The notes under the pieces are model-generated. The model saw only the letters and a program-made list of their open reading frames with translations. It had not been told where the DNA came from and did no database searches. A stretch of DNA of 64,000 nt from an uncultured Candidatus Saccharibacteria bacterium (GTDB lineage: Bacteria > Patescibacteriota > Minisyncoccia > Portnoybacterales > UBA2143): the NCBI GenBank assembly GCA_964565215.1, contig CAZMCO010000001.1:2025-66024 (forward strand), given 5' to 3'. Below are positions 8,915-17,860 of this stretch, piece by piece. Each line of letters starts with the position of its first letter. Positions within the stretch are counted from its first letter, which is position 1. The position numbers were made by a program, and so were the translations under genes.

Positions 8915-10924
8915 TTATTTTTTTTCAACTGCCTTAAAATCACATTCTTTATTACTGCACTTAACTTTATTATTTTTTGCTTGAACTAACAAAGAGCCGC
9001 ATTTGGGACATTTTTCTCCAGTCGGTTTATCCCATAAGGCAAAGTCGCATTTGGGGTATTGGGAACAAGAATAAAATATTTTTCCCTTTCTGGTTTTTCT
9101 TTCAATGATTTCACCTTGACCGCATTTAGGACAGACGACTCCCGTTGAGTTAATTATTGGTTCGGTATATTTGCATTCCGGGAAACCAGAACAAGCATAA
9201 AATTTGCCAAAGCGGCCTAATTTAATAATTATTGGCTGACCGCATTTGGGACATTTTTTATCAGTCGGTTCTTCAAGTTTTTTCTTGACCACTTTTTTCT
9301 CTTTTTCGAGAAGATTAGCATGAAATGGCTGATAAAAATCCTTAAGGACAGTTAGCCAATTTTGTTGACCTTTGGCAATTCTATCCAAATCTTCTTCTAA
9401 ATAAGCGGTAAATTTAATGTCAACAATTTTAGGGAAGTTTTCTACTAAAAGATTGTTGACTAAAAGACCAATCTCTGTGGGAATAAATTTTCTTTGTTCA
9501 TTTTTTTCAACATAGCCGCGCTCCTGAATAGTGCCGATTATCGGCGCATAAGTTGAAGGTCGACCAATGCCATATTCTTCTAATGTTTTAACCAAAGAGG
9601 CCTCATTATAACGGGCTGGCGGCTGGGTAAAATGTTGTTCAGAAAAAAGTTTAATTAGTTTCAGTATTTCTTCTTTATTTAAAGAAGGAAGAATAGTTTC
9701 TTTTAATTTAGTTGGATAAACCTTAAAAAAGCCGTCAAATTTGATAATTGAACCATTGGCTCGGAAAAGATAATTTTTTCCTGAAATATCAACGGCAGTG
9801 GAATCCAAAACAGCTGGCTGCATTTGGCAGGCAATAAACCTTTGCCAAATTAACTGATATAATTTGTCAGTTGACTGGCGATTAACTTGAGTTGGTCTAA
9901 TCGCCTCATGAGCTTCTTGAGCGCCTTTTGTTTTGGTCTTATAAATTCTCGGACTGGCTAAAGTATAATTTTGACCAAATTTGTTTTTAATAAATTCTTG
10001 GGTAGATTTCAAAGCTTCTTTAGAAATATTTAAAGAGTCGGTCCGATGATAGGTAATCAGGCCGTCTTCATAAAGCTGCTGGGCAATTCTCATTGTTTGT
10101 TTAGCGGACAATCCTAATTTTTTAACCGCTTCTTGCTGGAGAGTGCTAGTAGTAAAAGGCGGCGCCGGATATCTTTTTACTTCCTTGCTTTCAATATTAA
10201 CTACTTTATATTTTGCTCCCTTTAAATCTTTTAATATCTTATCTGCTTCTTGTTTTACTTTGATGCCTAACTTGTTAATTGCCTTATCATCTTTTTTTAT
10301 TAGTCGAGCAATAAACTCGTCTGATTGATTTTCTTTCTGGAGTTTTACCTCAATACTCCAATATTCTTCTGGTTTAAAATCCTTAATTTCTTTTTCTCGT
10401 TCAACAATTAGTCGGACAGTCACCGATTGGACCCGGCCAGCTGATAATCCCTTAACTATTTTTTTCCATAAAAAAGGCGATAGTTCATAGCCGACTAACC
10501 TGTCTAAGATTCGTCGGGTCTGTTGGGCATTAACTGAATCCATATCAATTTGTCGTGGATTTTTCAATGCTTCTTCAATGGCTTTTTTTGTTATTTCATG
10601 AAAGACAATCCTTTGGTAATCTTTGCCATCTAAATCGAGAATTTTGACTAAATGCCAGGCAATAGCTTCTCCTTCTCGATCTTGGTCTGTAGCTAAAATT
10701 ATCATGTCTGTTTTTTTAGCCGCTTTTTTAAGTTCTGCGACTACTTTTCGCGCTTTAACAAGAATAACATACTTTGGCTTAAAATTGTCTTTGACATCAA
10801 CGCCGAGCTCTCTTTTGGGTAAGTCGCGAATATGACCATAAGAAGATTTGACCGAATAATCGCGGCTCAAGAATTTAGAAATAGTATTTGCTTTACTCGG
10901 TGATTCAACGATAATTAAGTTCAT
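8915..10924 (-). CDS. topA: DNA topoisomerase I
   Basis: IIVESPSKA, ATDQDREGE, SAGRVQS, ITYHRTDS, C-terminal Zn ribbons; start placed at MNLIIVES. Confidence 0.96.
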   Translation of the reverse strand: MNLIIVESPSKANTISKFLSRDYSVKSSYGHIRDLPKRELGVDVKDNFKPKYVILVKARKVVAELKKAAKKTDMIILATDQDREGEAIAWHLVKILDLDGKDYQRIVFHEITKKAIEEALKNPRQIDMDSVNAQQTRRILDRLVGYELSPFLWKKIVKGLSAGRVQSVTVRLIVEREKEIKDFKPEEYWSIEVKLQKENQSDEFIARLIKKDDKAINKLGIKVKQEADKILKDLKGAKYKVVNIESKEVKRYPAPPFTTSTLQQEAVKKLGLSAKQTMRIAQQLYEDGLITYHRTDSLNISKEALKSTQEFIKNKFGQNYTLASPRIYKTKTKGAQEAHEAIRPTQVNRQSTDKLYQLIWQRFIACQMQPAVLDSTAVDISGKNYLFRANGSIIKFDGFFKVYPTKLKETILPSLNKEEILKLIKLFSEQHFTQPPARYNEASLVKTLEEYGIGRPSTYAPIIGTIQERGYVEKNEQRKFIPTEIGLLVNNLLVENFPKIVDIKFTAYLEEDLDRIAKGQQNWLTVLKDFYQPFHANLLEKEKKVVKKKLEEPTDKKCPKCGQPIIIKLGRFGKFYACSGFPECKYTEPIINSTGVVCPKCGQGEIIERKTRKGKIFYSCSQYPKCDFALWDKPTGEKCPKCGSLLVQAKNNKVKCSNKECDFKAVEKK

Positions 10925-11795
10925 ATAAAATGTCATTGGCCTGGCTGACTAATTTAGCTCCCATTTTTATTAAATTATTAGGGCCCAAAGAATTTTTAGC
11001 CAGAATAGGACCAGGAATAGCAAAAACATCTCTGTTTTGCTCTAAAGCATCTTTGGCAGTGATTAAGGCGCCGCTTTTTTCAGGCGCCTCAATAACTAAG
11101 ATACCTAAACTTAAACCAGAAATGATTCGATTACGCTGAGGAAAATGCTGAGCTAAAGGTTCAGCGCCAATAGGGAATTCGCTAATAACTGCTCCCTTTT
11201 GACTAATTTCTTCAGCCAGGTGTCGATTAATAGAAGGATAGATACTTTTTTTGTCTAAGCCCGAACCCAAGACAGCAATGGTTCGACCATTAGCTTTCAG
11301 AGCCGCTTGGTGAGCTAAGGTGTCAATTCCTTTGGCTAAGCCACTAATAATAGTTAAGCCAGCTCCGGCTAAATCAGACGTTATTAAAGGAGTAATCTGC
11401 TGACCGTAAGAAGAAAGTTTTCTGGTGCCAACAATAGCCAGGCTGAATTCGTCATTCAATTCAAGTTTGCCGCGGATATAAAGAAGAGCTGGTGGACTAT
11501 AAATCTCTTTAAGCAATTTAGGATAATTTTTATCTAAAATAGTAATTAAGTCAATCCCTTCTTTAGTTAATCTTTCCATCTGCTCACTTGGATTAATCTG
11601 GGGACGTTGTTTTTTAATTTGTTCAATAACAAAGTTTTCTAAGCCAGCTTGTCTAAGTTGATTAATTTCTATTGACCAGGCTTCTTCCAATGAGTTAAAA
11701 TGAGCCAGTAGTTTTTTAAAAGCAATTGGGCCAAGGCCGTCAATTAGATTAAAGGCATTGAAATATTTTGTCTCGGGGTTGACAAATTCTGTCAT
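10905..11795 (-). CDS. dprA: DNA-processing protein DprA
   Basis: AIVGTR, ISGLAKGID, FPQRNRIISGLS, SGALITA. Confidence 0.95.
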   Translation of the reverse strand: MTEFVNPETKYFNAFNLIDGLGPIAFKKLLAHFNSLEEAWSIEINQLRQAGLENFVIEQIKKQRPQINPSEQMERLTKEGIDLITILDKNYPKLLKEIYSPPALLYIRGKLELNDEFSLAIVGTRKLSSYGQQITPLITSDLAGAGLTIISGLAKGIDTLAHQAALKANGRTIAVLGSGLDKKSIYPSINRHLAEEISQKGAVISEFPIGAEPLAQHFPQRNRIISGLSLGILVIEAPEKSGALITAKDALEQNRDVFAIPGPILAKNSLGPNNLIKMGAKLVSQANDILYELNYR

Positions 11796-11806
11796 TTTGG
11801 TATACT
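11779..11806 (+). promoter_or_regulatory. Sigma70 promoter
   Basis: TTGACA-16 bp-TATACT with TGn extended -10. Confidence 0.75.
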
Positions 11807-11816
11807 ATTATTATCT

Positions 11817-11956
11817 TTAATCTCCATAGGCCTGCCTAGTGAGTAACCAATATCTGGGCCAATCCCTCCTAAAGGTTCAGTGAGGTTTGAATATTAGGGA
11901 TACTCTGCTTTTGTGGATTTGTCCCTAAGGCTCCTAGGTAGGCTTATGGAGATTAA
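11817..11956 (+). ncRNA. Candidate rod-like structured RNA (6S-like, leader or RNA-structured MITE)
   Basis: 23-nt arms pair fully on the + strand via two G-U pairs; nested inner stems; lies just after a promoter. Confidence 0.55.
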
Positions 11957-11995
11957 TAATTAATAGTTCTTTAATATTTAAATAAGGAGATAGGG

Positions 11996-12235
11996 ATGAA
12001 AAAGAAGATTTTAAGTTGGGTTTTAGGTTTTTTTGGTCTTTTGGGATTCGCGATGGTTTTTGGCGGAGTGATTGGAGCTCATGGCGATTATAAAAAAGGA
12101 GTCATTGTTGCTGTGGTTGGGTTAGGAATGATGATCTTAATTTTTGTTGTAAATTATCTTTGTAGCCGTTTTTCCTATCGGCCTCGGCCGCTGCCCATGG
12201 ATAAAAAATGGGATAAACTCAAAAAAGCATTATAG
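11996..12235 (+). CDS. Small two-TM membrane protein of unknown function
   Basis: SD AAGGAG, two hydrophobic helices, basic tail. Confidence 0.7.
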   Translation: MKKKILSWVLGFFGLLGFAMVFGGVIGAHGDYKKGVIVAVVGLGMMILIFVVNYLCSRFSYRPRPLPMDKKWDKLKKAL

Positions 12236-12240
12236 CTTTA

Positions 12241-12765
12241 CTATAGGGCTGTCATAATCATTTGGACAGCCCTTTTTATTATCTCTTGGACAACTTTTTC
12301 TTCTTCCAGAGTAAATTTGTCTAAGACAAATTTTTCAGTATTAAGACAGGCCTCTGAAAAAATTCCAACTCTCATTCTAATAAAATCCTTAGTATTTAGT
12401 TGGTCAATAATTGATTGAACTCCTTTATGGCCAGCTGCCCCGCGACTTTTTTGGATTCGCATTTCTCCTAAAGGCAAATCAATATCATCCTGAATAACCA
12501 GGATTTCTTCAGTTGGAATTTTATAATACTTAATTAATAACTTAACCGCTAAACCAGAATTATTCATAAAAGTTTGCGGTTTGGCTAAAATAATTTTTTC
12601 TTTATTAAAATGTCCTTGGGCTATTGAGGCATGAAATTGCAAATCTATTTTCCAATGATTAAGTTTTATTCGGCTAGCTAATTCTTCAATAACTCGCCAG
12701 CCGAGATTATGCCGGGTTTTTTCATATTTAATTCCTGGATTGCCTAAGCTAACGATTAATTTCAT
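12241..12765 (-). CDS. pth: Peptidyl-tRNA hydrolase
   Basis: LGNPG, TRHNLG, KPQTFMNNSG, QDDIDL, GHKG, RMRVGI. Confidence 0.95.
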   Translation of the reverse strand: MKLIVSLGNPGIKYEKTRHNLGWRVIEELASRIKLNHWKIDLQFHASIAQGHFNKEKIILAKPQTFMNNSGLAVKLLIKYYKIPTEEILVIQDDIDLPLGEMRIQKSRGAAGHKGVQSIIDQLNTKDFIRMRVGIFSEACLNTEKFVLDKFTLEEEKVVQEIIKRAVQMIMTAL

Positions 12766-12770
12766 AGATT

Positions 12771-13754
12771 TTAAGGACGCACCTTAATGTACTCATGTAT
12801 CTCGTTGTAATTACCCTGACCAACTTTGGGATAAACAACCGAAGCCACTTGTTTGCCAAACATTACTTGGTCACCAACTAACAAATTGGTCCGCTTTTTA
12901 TCAATAACCAAATGAGTTATCTGATCTACATTAAGTTCTTGGGCTGTCTGCCAGAGAGATTTCATTTCCATTAGACCGAGATCAGTTTGAATATGGTTTT
13001 TAAGGGTATTAAAGATTTTAAAATAAGTAGGGAAGTTCCAGAGAGGATTAAGAGCCAGAACTTTTTGCTTAACCAGCCGGATAATCTGTTGCTGCCGAGC
13101 CATCCGGTCAAAATCGCCATTAGGCGAAGTATAGCGAGTGCGAATATATTTAAGAGTACTCTCGCCATCTAAATAACGCCAACCAGCCTTGAGAACAAAG
13201 GCCTGATAAGTATAATTTGCTCCGGGGAAATAAGGGTCATCAATATCTTGAGGAACATAAACATTAAGTCCATCAACTAATTTAATGATTTCTTTAACCA
13301 CGGCTAAATCAACTAAAATATAATGGTCAATAGATAAGTCAGTAATTTCTTCTACTTTTTCTCTAAGTCCTTCAATGCCAACTAAATAATAAAGAGAGTT
13401 AATTTTGGTGAAATTATCCTGACCAGGCACTTTGACTAATAAATCACGCGGTAAAGAAATTAAAGTTGCTCTCCCTTCAACTGGTCCTAAATGAACTAAG
13501 ATAATTGTATCAGTCAGGTCTCCTCCGGAATATCCTTGGCCTGGTCGGCCGAGGACAAGAATATTCTTTTCCATTGATTTATTATTTGAAAATAAAGATG
13601 AAATATTTTTAAAAATAGAAGTTTCTTTTTTGGGAATTGATTTTTCAAGTTTTGAAGATACTTCCATAGAAGAAGAAGGAATTAATTTGATAAGAAAAAA
13701 TAGACCAATGAAAATTGATAAAGCCAAGCCAGCGATTTTTAAAAACTTAACCAT
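12771..13754 (-). CDS. LytR-CpsA-Psr (LCP) family protein
   Basis: N-terminal TM, TDTII, SLPRDL, KINS, YIRTR, GDFDRMARQQ. Confidence 0.92.
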   Translation of the reverse strand: MVKFLKIAGLALSIFIGLFFLIKLIPSSSMEVSSKLEKSIPKKETSIFKNISSLFSNNKSMEKNILVLGRPGQGYSGGDLTDTIILVHLGPVEGRATLISLPRDLLVKVPGQDNFTKINSLYYLVGIEGLREKVEEITDLSIDHYILVDLAVVKEIIKLVDGLNVYVPQDIDDPYFPGANYTYQAFVLKAGWRYLDGESTLKYIRTRYTSPNGDFDRMARQQQIIRLVKQKVLALNPLWNFPTYFKIFNTLKNHIQTDLGLMEMKSLWQTAQELNVDQITHLVIDKKRTNLLVGDQVMFGKQVASVVYPKVGQGNYNEIHEYIKVRP

Positions 13755-13815
13755 TTCTATTAAATAGTATACCAGATTTGCTTTTCTTTGAGAAATAAGT
13801 TAGAATCAAACTAAA

Positions 13816-14352
13816 ATGAAAAAAATATTCGTTTTCATCTGGGAAACTTTCAAAATAGTAGTTATTTCCTTGGCGATTATTATTCCAGTTCGCTATTTTT
13901 TGATTCAGCCTTTTTTCGTTCGAGGAGCTTCCATGGAGCCCAATTTTGACAATGGTCAATATCTGGTTATTAATGAGATAGGTTATCGTTTTGAAGAGCC
14001 GCAACGAAAAGAAGTTGTAGTTTTCAAGTATCCCCTGGATCCCAGTCAGTATTATATTAAACGAATAATTGGCTTACCCAACGAGACAATTGAGATTAAA
14101 AACAACCAAGTGATTATCTATAATTTGGAATTTCCCCAAGGAAAAATTTTAGACGAGTCCTCTTATTTAGCTGCTGGGACAATCACTTGGGGAGAAACTA
14201 AGGTCAAATTAGCTAAGGATGAATATTTTGTCTTAGGTGATAATCGTCAGGCCAGCTCTGATTCTCGTCAATGGGGAATTCTTACCAGGAAAAATGTTAT
14301 TGGTCGAGTTTGGTTGCGAGCCTGGCCTTTTGATCAACTAACTATATTTTAA
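13816..14352 (+). CDS. lepB: Signal peptidase I
   Basis: GASMEP, YIKRIIGLP, FVLGDNR..SSDSR. Confidence 0.95.
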   Translation: MKKIFVFIWETFKIVVISLAIIIPVRYFLIQPFFVRGASMEPNFDNGQYLVINEIGYRFEEPQRKEVVVFKYPLDPSQYYIKRIIGLPNETIEIKNNQVIIYNLEFPQGKILDESSYLAAGTITWGETKVKLAKDEYFVLGDNRQASSDSRQWGILTRKNVIGRVWLRAWPFDQLTIF

Positions 14353-15642
14353 ATGTCATCTAAATCTAAAAAAACTTTTCAAGCTCCTAGAGGAATGCGG
14401 GACATTCTGCCTGAAGAACAGCTCTATTGGGAAAAAGTTAGGCAGGTGATTAAAAATTTAGCTCGCGCTTATGGTTTTGAACGTTTAGATACGCCAATTT
14501 TAGAAGAAGCGGACTTATTTATTAAAGGAACTGGCCTTTATACTGATATTGTGGAAAAAGAAATGTATAGTTTGAGAACCAAGGGTGGCGATAAGCTAAG
14601 TTTGCGTCCTGAATTTACTCCAGCTATAATAAGAGCTTATTTAGAAAATGGGTTATCTAGTTTGCCTCAGCCAATAAAGTTGTACACTCTGGGACCTATT
14701 TTTCGTTACGAAAGGCCTCAAAAAGGTCGTTATCGGCAGTCCTGGCAGGCAAATTTTGAGATTATTGGCCAAAAAGACCCAGTTCTTGATGCCCAATTAA
14801 TTCAATTATTTTTTGCTATAAGTAGAGAACTATCTCTTAAAAATTTAATTGTTCAAATTAATAGCATTGGCTGTTCTCGTTGCCGGCCAATTTATCGAAA
14901 AAAATTAGTCAGTTTTTATAGAAGCAGGAAAGATGAACTTTGTTCTAATTGCCAAAAACGGCTTAAAGAGAATCCCTTAAGATTATTAGATTGTAAAGAA
15001 AACAAGTGCCTGCGGATAACCCAAGAGGCGCCTCAAATTATTGACCAGTTATGCGAAGATTGTCATAACCATTTTAAAAATGTTTTAGAGTTTTTGGACG
15101 AATTAAACATCCCTTATATTCTGAATCCACATTTAGTTAGGGGTTTGGATTATTATACTAAAACAGTTTTTGAAATTTGGCCGGAAGAAGAGGAAGGACG
15201 GCAAATTGCCTTAGCTGGCGGTGGCCGCTATGATGATTTAATTAAACTTTTAGGCGGCAAGGAAACACCAGCTGTCGGTTTTGCTATGGGCTTAGACAGA
15301 ATAGTTGATTTGATGAAGACGAGAAATATCAAGATTAATTCAAGAAGCCGTCCCTTAATTTTCCTAATTCAGTTAGGGGATTTAGCCAAGAAAAAATCCC
15401 TTAAGTTATTTGAAGACTTAAGACAGGCTGGTTTAGAAATAATTGGTTCTTTCAGCCGCAATACTATCAAAAACCAACTTAGATTAGCTGACAAGGCAAA
15501 AGCGCGCTTTGCCTTAATTTTAGGACAAAAAGAGGTCTTAGATGAAACGATTATTATTAAAGATATGATTTCTGGTGTTCAAGAAACAATTCCTTTAAAT
15601 AAAGTGATTAAGGAACTAAAGAAAAAAATTAAAAATAAATGA
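14353..15642 (+). CDS. hisS: Histidyl-tRNA synthetase
   Basis: PRGMRD, LRPEFT, FRYERPQKGRYR, LVRGLDYY, GGGRYD. Confidence 0.97.
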   Translation: MSSKSKKTFQAPRGMRDILPEEQLYWEKVRQVIKNLARAYGFERLDTPILEEADLFIKGTGLYTDIVEKEMYSLRTKGGDKLSLRPEFTPAIIRAYLENGLSSLPQPIKLYTLGPIFRYERPQKGRYRQSWQANFEIIGQKDPVLDAQLIQLFFAISRELSLKNLIVQINSIGCSRCRPIYRKKLVSFYRSRKDELCSNCQKRLKENPLRLLDCKENKCLRITQEAPQIIDQLCEDCHNHFKNVLEFLDELNIPYILNPHLVRGLDYYTKTVFEIWPEEEEGRQIALAGGGRYDDLIKLLGGKETPAVGFAMGLDRIVDLMKTRNIKINSRSRPLIFLIQLGDLAKKKSLKLFEDLRQAGLEIIGSFSRNTIKNQLRLADKAKARFALILGQKEVLDETIIIKDMISGVQETIPLNKVIKELKKKIKNK

Positions 15643-15645
15643 ATT

Positions 15646-15972
15646 ATGTGTCTTTTTTGTCAAATTGCTAATCATCAACAAAAAGCTGATATTGTTTACG
15701 AAAACGAAGAACTGATTGTTTTTAAAGACATTAATCCTAAAACATTGGTTCATCTATTGATTGTTCCTAAGAAGCATATTAAATCAATCAATGAATTGAT
15801 TGAGAAAGATAAAGATTTAGTCAGTCAGATGATTTTCTTAGCTAAGGACTTAGCTCAAAGGCAGGGCATCGCTGAAAATGGCTATCGCTTGACTTTTAAT
15901 GTTGGTCGAGGCGGTGGCCAGCTGATTGACCATCTTCACTTACATTTAATGGGAGGAGGTGAGATTAAATAA
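15646..15972 (+). CDS. HIT-family nucleotide-binding protein (HinT-like)
   Basis: CLFCQI, HLLIVPK, HLHLH. Confidence 0.93.
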   Translation: MCLFCQIANHQQKADIVYENEELIVFKDINPKTLVHLLIVPKKHIKSINELIEKDKDLVSQMIFLAKDLAQRQGIAENGYRLTFNVGRGGGQLIDHLHLHLMGGGEIK

Positions 15973-16190
15973 TTAGTTTAACTTCCAGAAAAAAATGGCT
16001 TTGGCTAGGTCTGGCCATTGCCATTCTTAATCCTGTTTTTTCCGGATTAATTATTGGTTTGGCTTTTTGGACTGAACCAGAACTGAAAAAAGAAGGCAAG
16101 ATAGTTCTGGCTGTAGCAATTATTTGGGGAATAATCTTTTCTTATTTGTTGCGTTGGTTAATTAGCCGCGGGTATTTACCTACTTATTAG
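15969..16190 (+). CDS. Hidden 73-aa membrane protein with non-AUG (ATA/ATT) start
   Basis: Open frame IISLTSRKKWLWLGLAIAILNPVFSGLIIGLAFW...GYLPTY* exactly fills the HIT-transporter gap; SD GGAGGAGGTG about 7 nt upstream. Confidence 0.65.
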   Translation: MISLTSRKKWLWLGLAIAILNPVFSGLIIGLAFWTEPELKKEGKIVLAVAIIWGIIFSYLLRWLISRGYLPTY

Positions 16191-16191
16191 A

Positions 16192-17313
16192 ATGAATAAA
16201 AACCTTTTTTATGCCACAGCCACTCTAATTGGTGCCATAGTTGGTGTAGGAATTTTCGGCGTTCCTTATGTGGTGGCTAAGGCCGGTTTTTTAATCGGTT
16301 TGCTTTTTTTATTTGGCTTAGGCGGGGTCGCTTTATTACTTCATTTATTTTACGGAGAAATTGTTTTACGAACACCAGGCAAACATCGTTATGTTGGCTA
16401 TGCGGGAATATATTTAGGCCAATGGGGTAAACGACTAATTACATTTACTTCTGTCTTTATTTTTTACGGCGCTTTACTGGCTTATATAATTGTCGCTGGT
16501 AAGTTTTTAGGAACAATTTTTGGCGGCTCTGATTTTATTTGGAGTTTAACTTTCTTTATTATTTGTTCGCTGGCGATTTTTTTTGGTTTAAGAGCGGTGG
16601 CTAAAATAGAAATCCTGATGAGTTTATTTTTAATCGCTGTTGTCGTTTTAATATTTGTTAAGGGATGGCCAGAAATTAAATTAGCTCATTTAGCTACTTT
16701 AAATTGGTCATATTTTTTTCTGCCTTATGGAATAATGCTTTGGGCCGTAATTGGCGGATCGGCCATTCCAGAAATGAAAGAGATTTTCAAACAAAATTAC
16801 CATTTTCTTAAAAAAGCTATTATCTGGGGAACTCTTTTGCCTGTCTTTCTCTACGGACTATTTATTTTGACAGTCGTTGGAGTAACTGGTCAGCAGACTT
16901 CGCCAGAAGCAATTGAGGGCTTGGTCGAGACATTAGAAAATCATACGGTTATTTTTGGAGCTATCTTTGGTCTTTTAGCCGTGGTCACTTCTTTTTTAGT
17001 TGTTGGTTTGTCCTTAAAAAAAACTTTTTGGTATGATTATAAAATTAACAAATATTTGGCTTGGGGGTTAACCTGTTTTGTCCCTTTAATCGCTTATTTG
17101 TGCAATCTGCGCGACTTTATTACAGTGATCGGTTTTTTAGGAGCCACTTTAGCCGGTTTACAGATGATTCTTTTAATTCTAATTTATCAGCGGGCTAAAA
17201 AAACAGGTCAGCGCCAGCCAGAATATTCCCTGAAACTGCCTCCAATTGTCCTTTACGGACTAATTTTAATCTTGGGCTTAGGAATTATTTACCAAATCAT
17301 TTATTATTTATAA
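16192..17313 (+). CDS. Aromatic/hydroxy amino-acid permease family transporter
   Basis: ATLIGAIVGVGIFGVP, about 11 TMs, VTSFL motif. Confidence 0.8.
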   Translation: MNKNLFYATATLIGAIVGVGIFGVPYVVAKAGFLIGLLFLFGLGGVALLLHLFYGEIVLRTPGKHRYVGYAGIYLGQWGKRLITFTSVFIFYGALLAYIIVAGKFLGTIFGGSDFIWSLTFFIICSLAIFFGLRAVAKIEILMSLFLIAVVVLIFVKGWPEIKLAHLATLNWSYFFLPYGIMLWAVIGGSAIPEMKEIFKQNYHFLKKAIIWGTLLPVFLYGLFILTVVGVTGQQTSPEAIEGLVETLENHTVIFGAIFGLLAVVTSFLVVGLSLKKTFWYDYKINKYLAWGLTCFVPLIAYLCNLRDFITVIGFLGATLAGLQMILLILIYQRAKKTGQRQPEYSLKLPPIVLYGLILILGLGIIYQIIYYL

Positions 17314-17360
17314 AGAAATATCTTGCCAAAAGGAAAATTAAGTAGTATATTGGGAATAAG

Positions 17361-17855
17361 ATGAAGAAAAATAATGTTTTTCACAGTCCAACTAAAGGCC
17401 GGATGAAACTAGCTAAAATAGTCAAGGAAATTTCTGATTTCATTAGTCAGGATTCACAAGATAAATATCAGTTAGTTGTCGGGACAGATTCTAATGGCGA
17501 TAAACGAGCTGATTTCGTCACCGCAATAATTGTTTATCGAGTTGGCCGCGGCGGCCGATATTTTTGGAAAAAAACTAATGGAGGTAAAATTTATCATACT
17601 CTTCGCGATCGTATCTATCAGGAGGTAAATTTATCATTGCAGACAGCTCAAGATATGCTTAAACAATTAAGCTCTTTATTAAAATCAGGCAAGGAACCCA
17701 GTTATGATTTTCAAATTCATATTGATGTTGGTCAAAATGGGCCAACCCGGGAAATGATTAGAGAAGTAGTTGGTATGGTTCGGGGTAATGGCTTTAAAGC
17801 CAAAATTAAACCAGAATCATACGCTGCTTCCAATATTGCCGATAGATATATCTAA
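17361..17855 (+). CDS. RNase H-like YkuK (DUF458) protein
   Basis: VGTDS, RIYQEV, HIDVG.NG.T, KPESYAA..IAD. Confidence 0.85.
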   Translation: MKKNNVFHSPTKGRMKLAKIVKEISDFISQDSQDKYQLVVGTDSNGDKRADFVTAIIVYRVGRGGRYFWKKTNGGKIYHTLRDRIYQEVNLSLQTAQDMLKQLSSLLKSGKEPSYDFQIHIDVGQNGPTREMIREVVGMVRGNGFKAKIKPESYAASNIADRYI

Positions 17856-17860
17856 AATAA

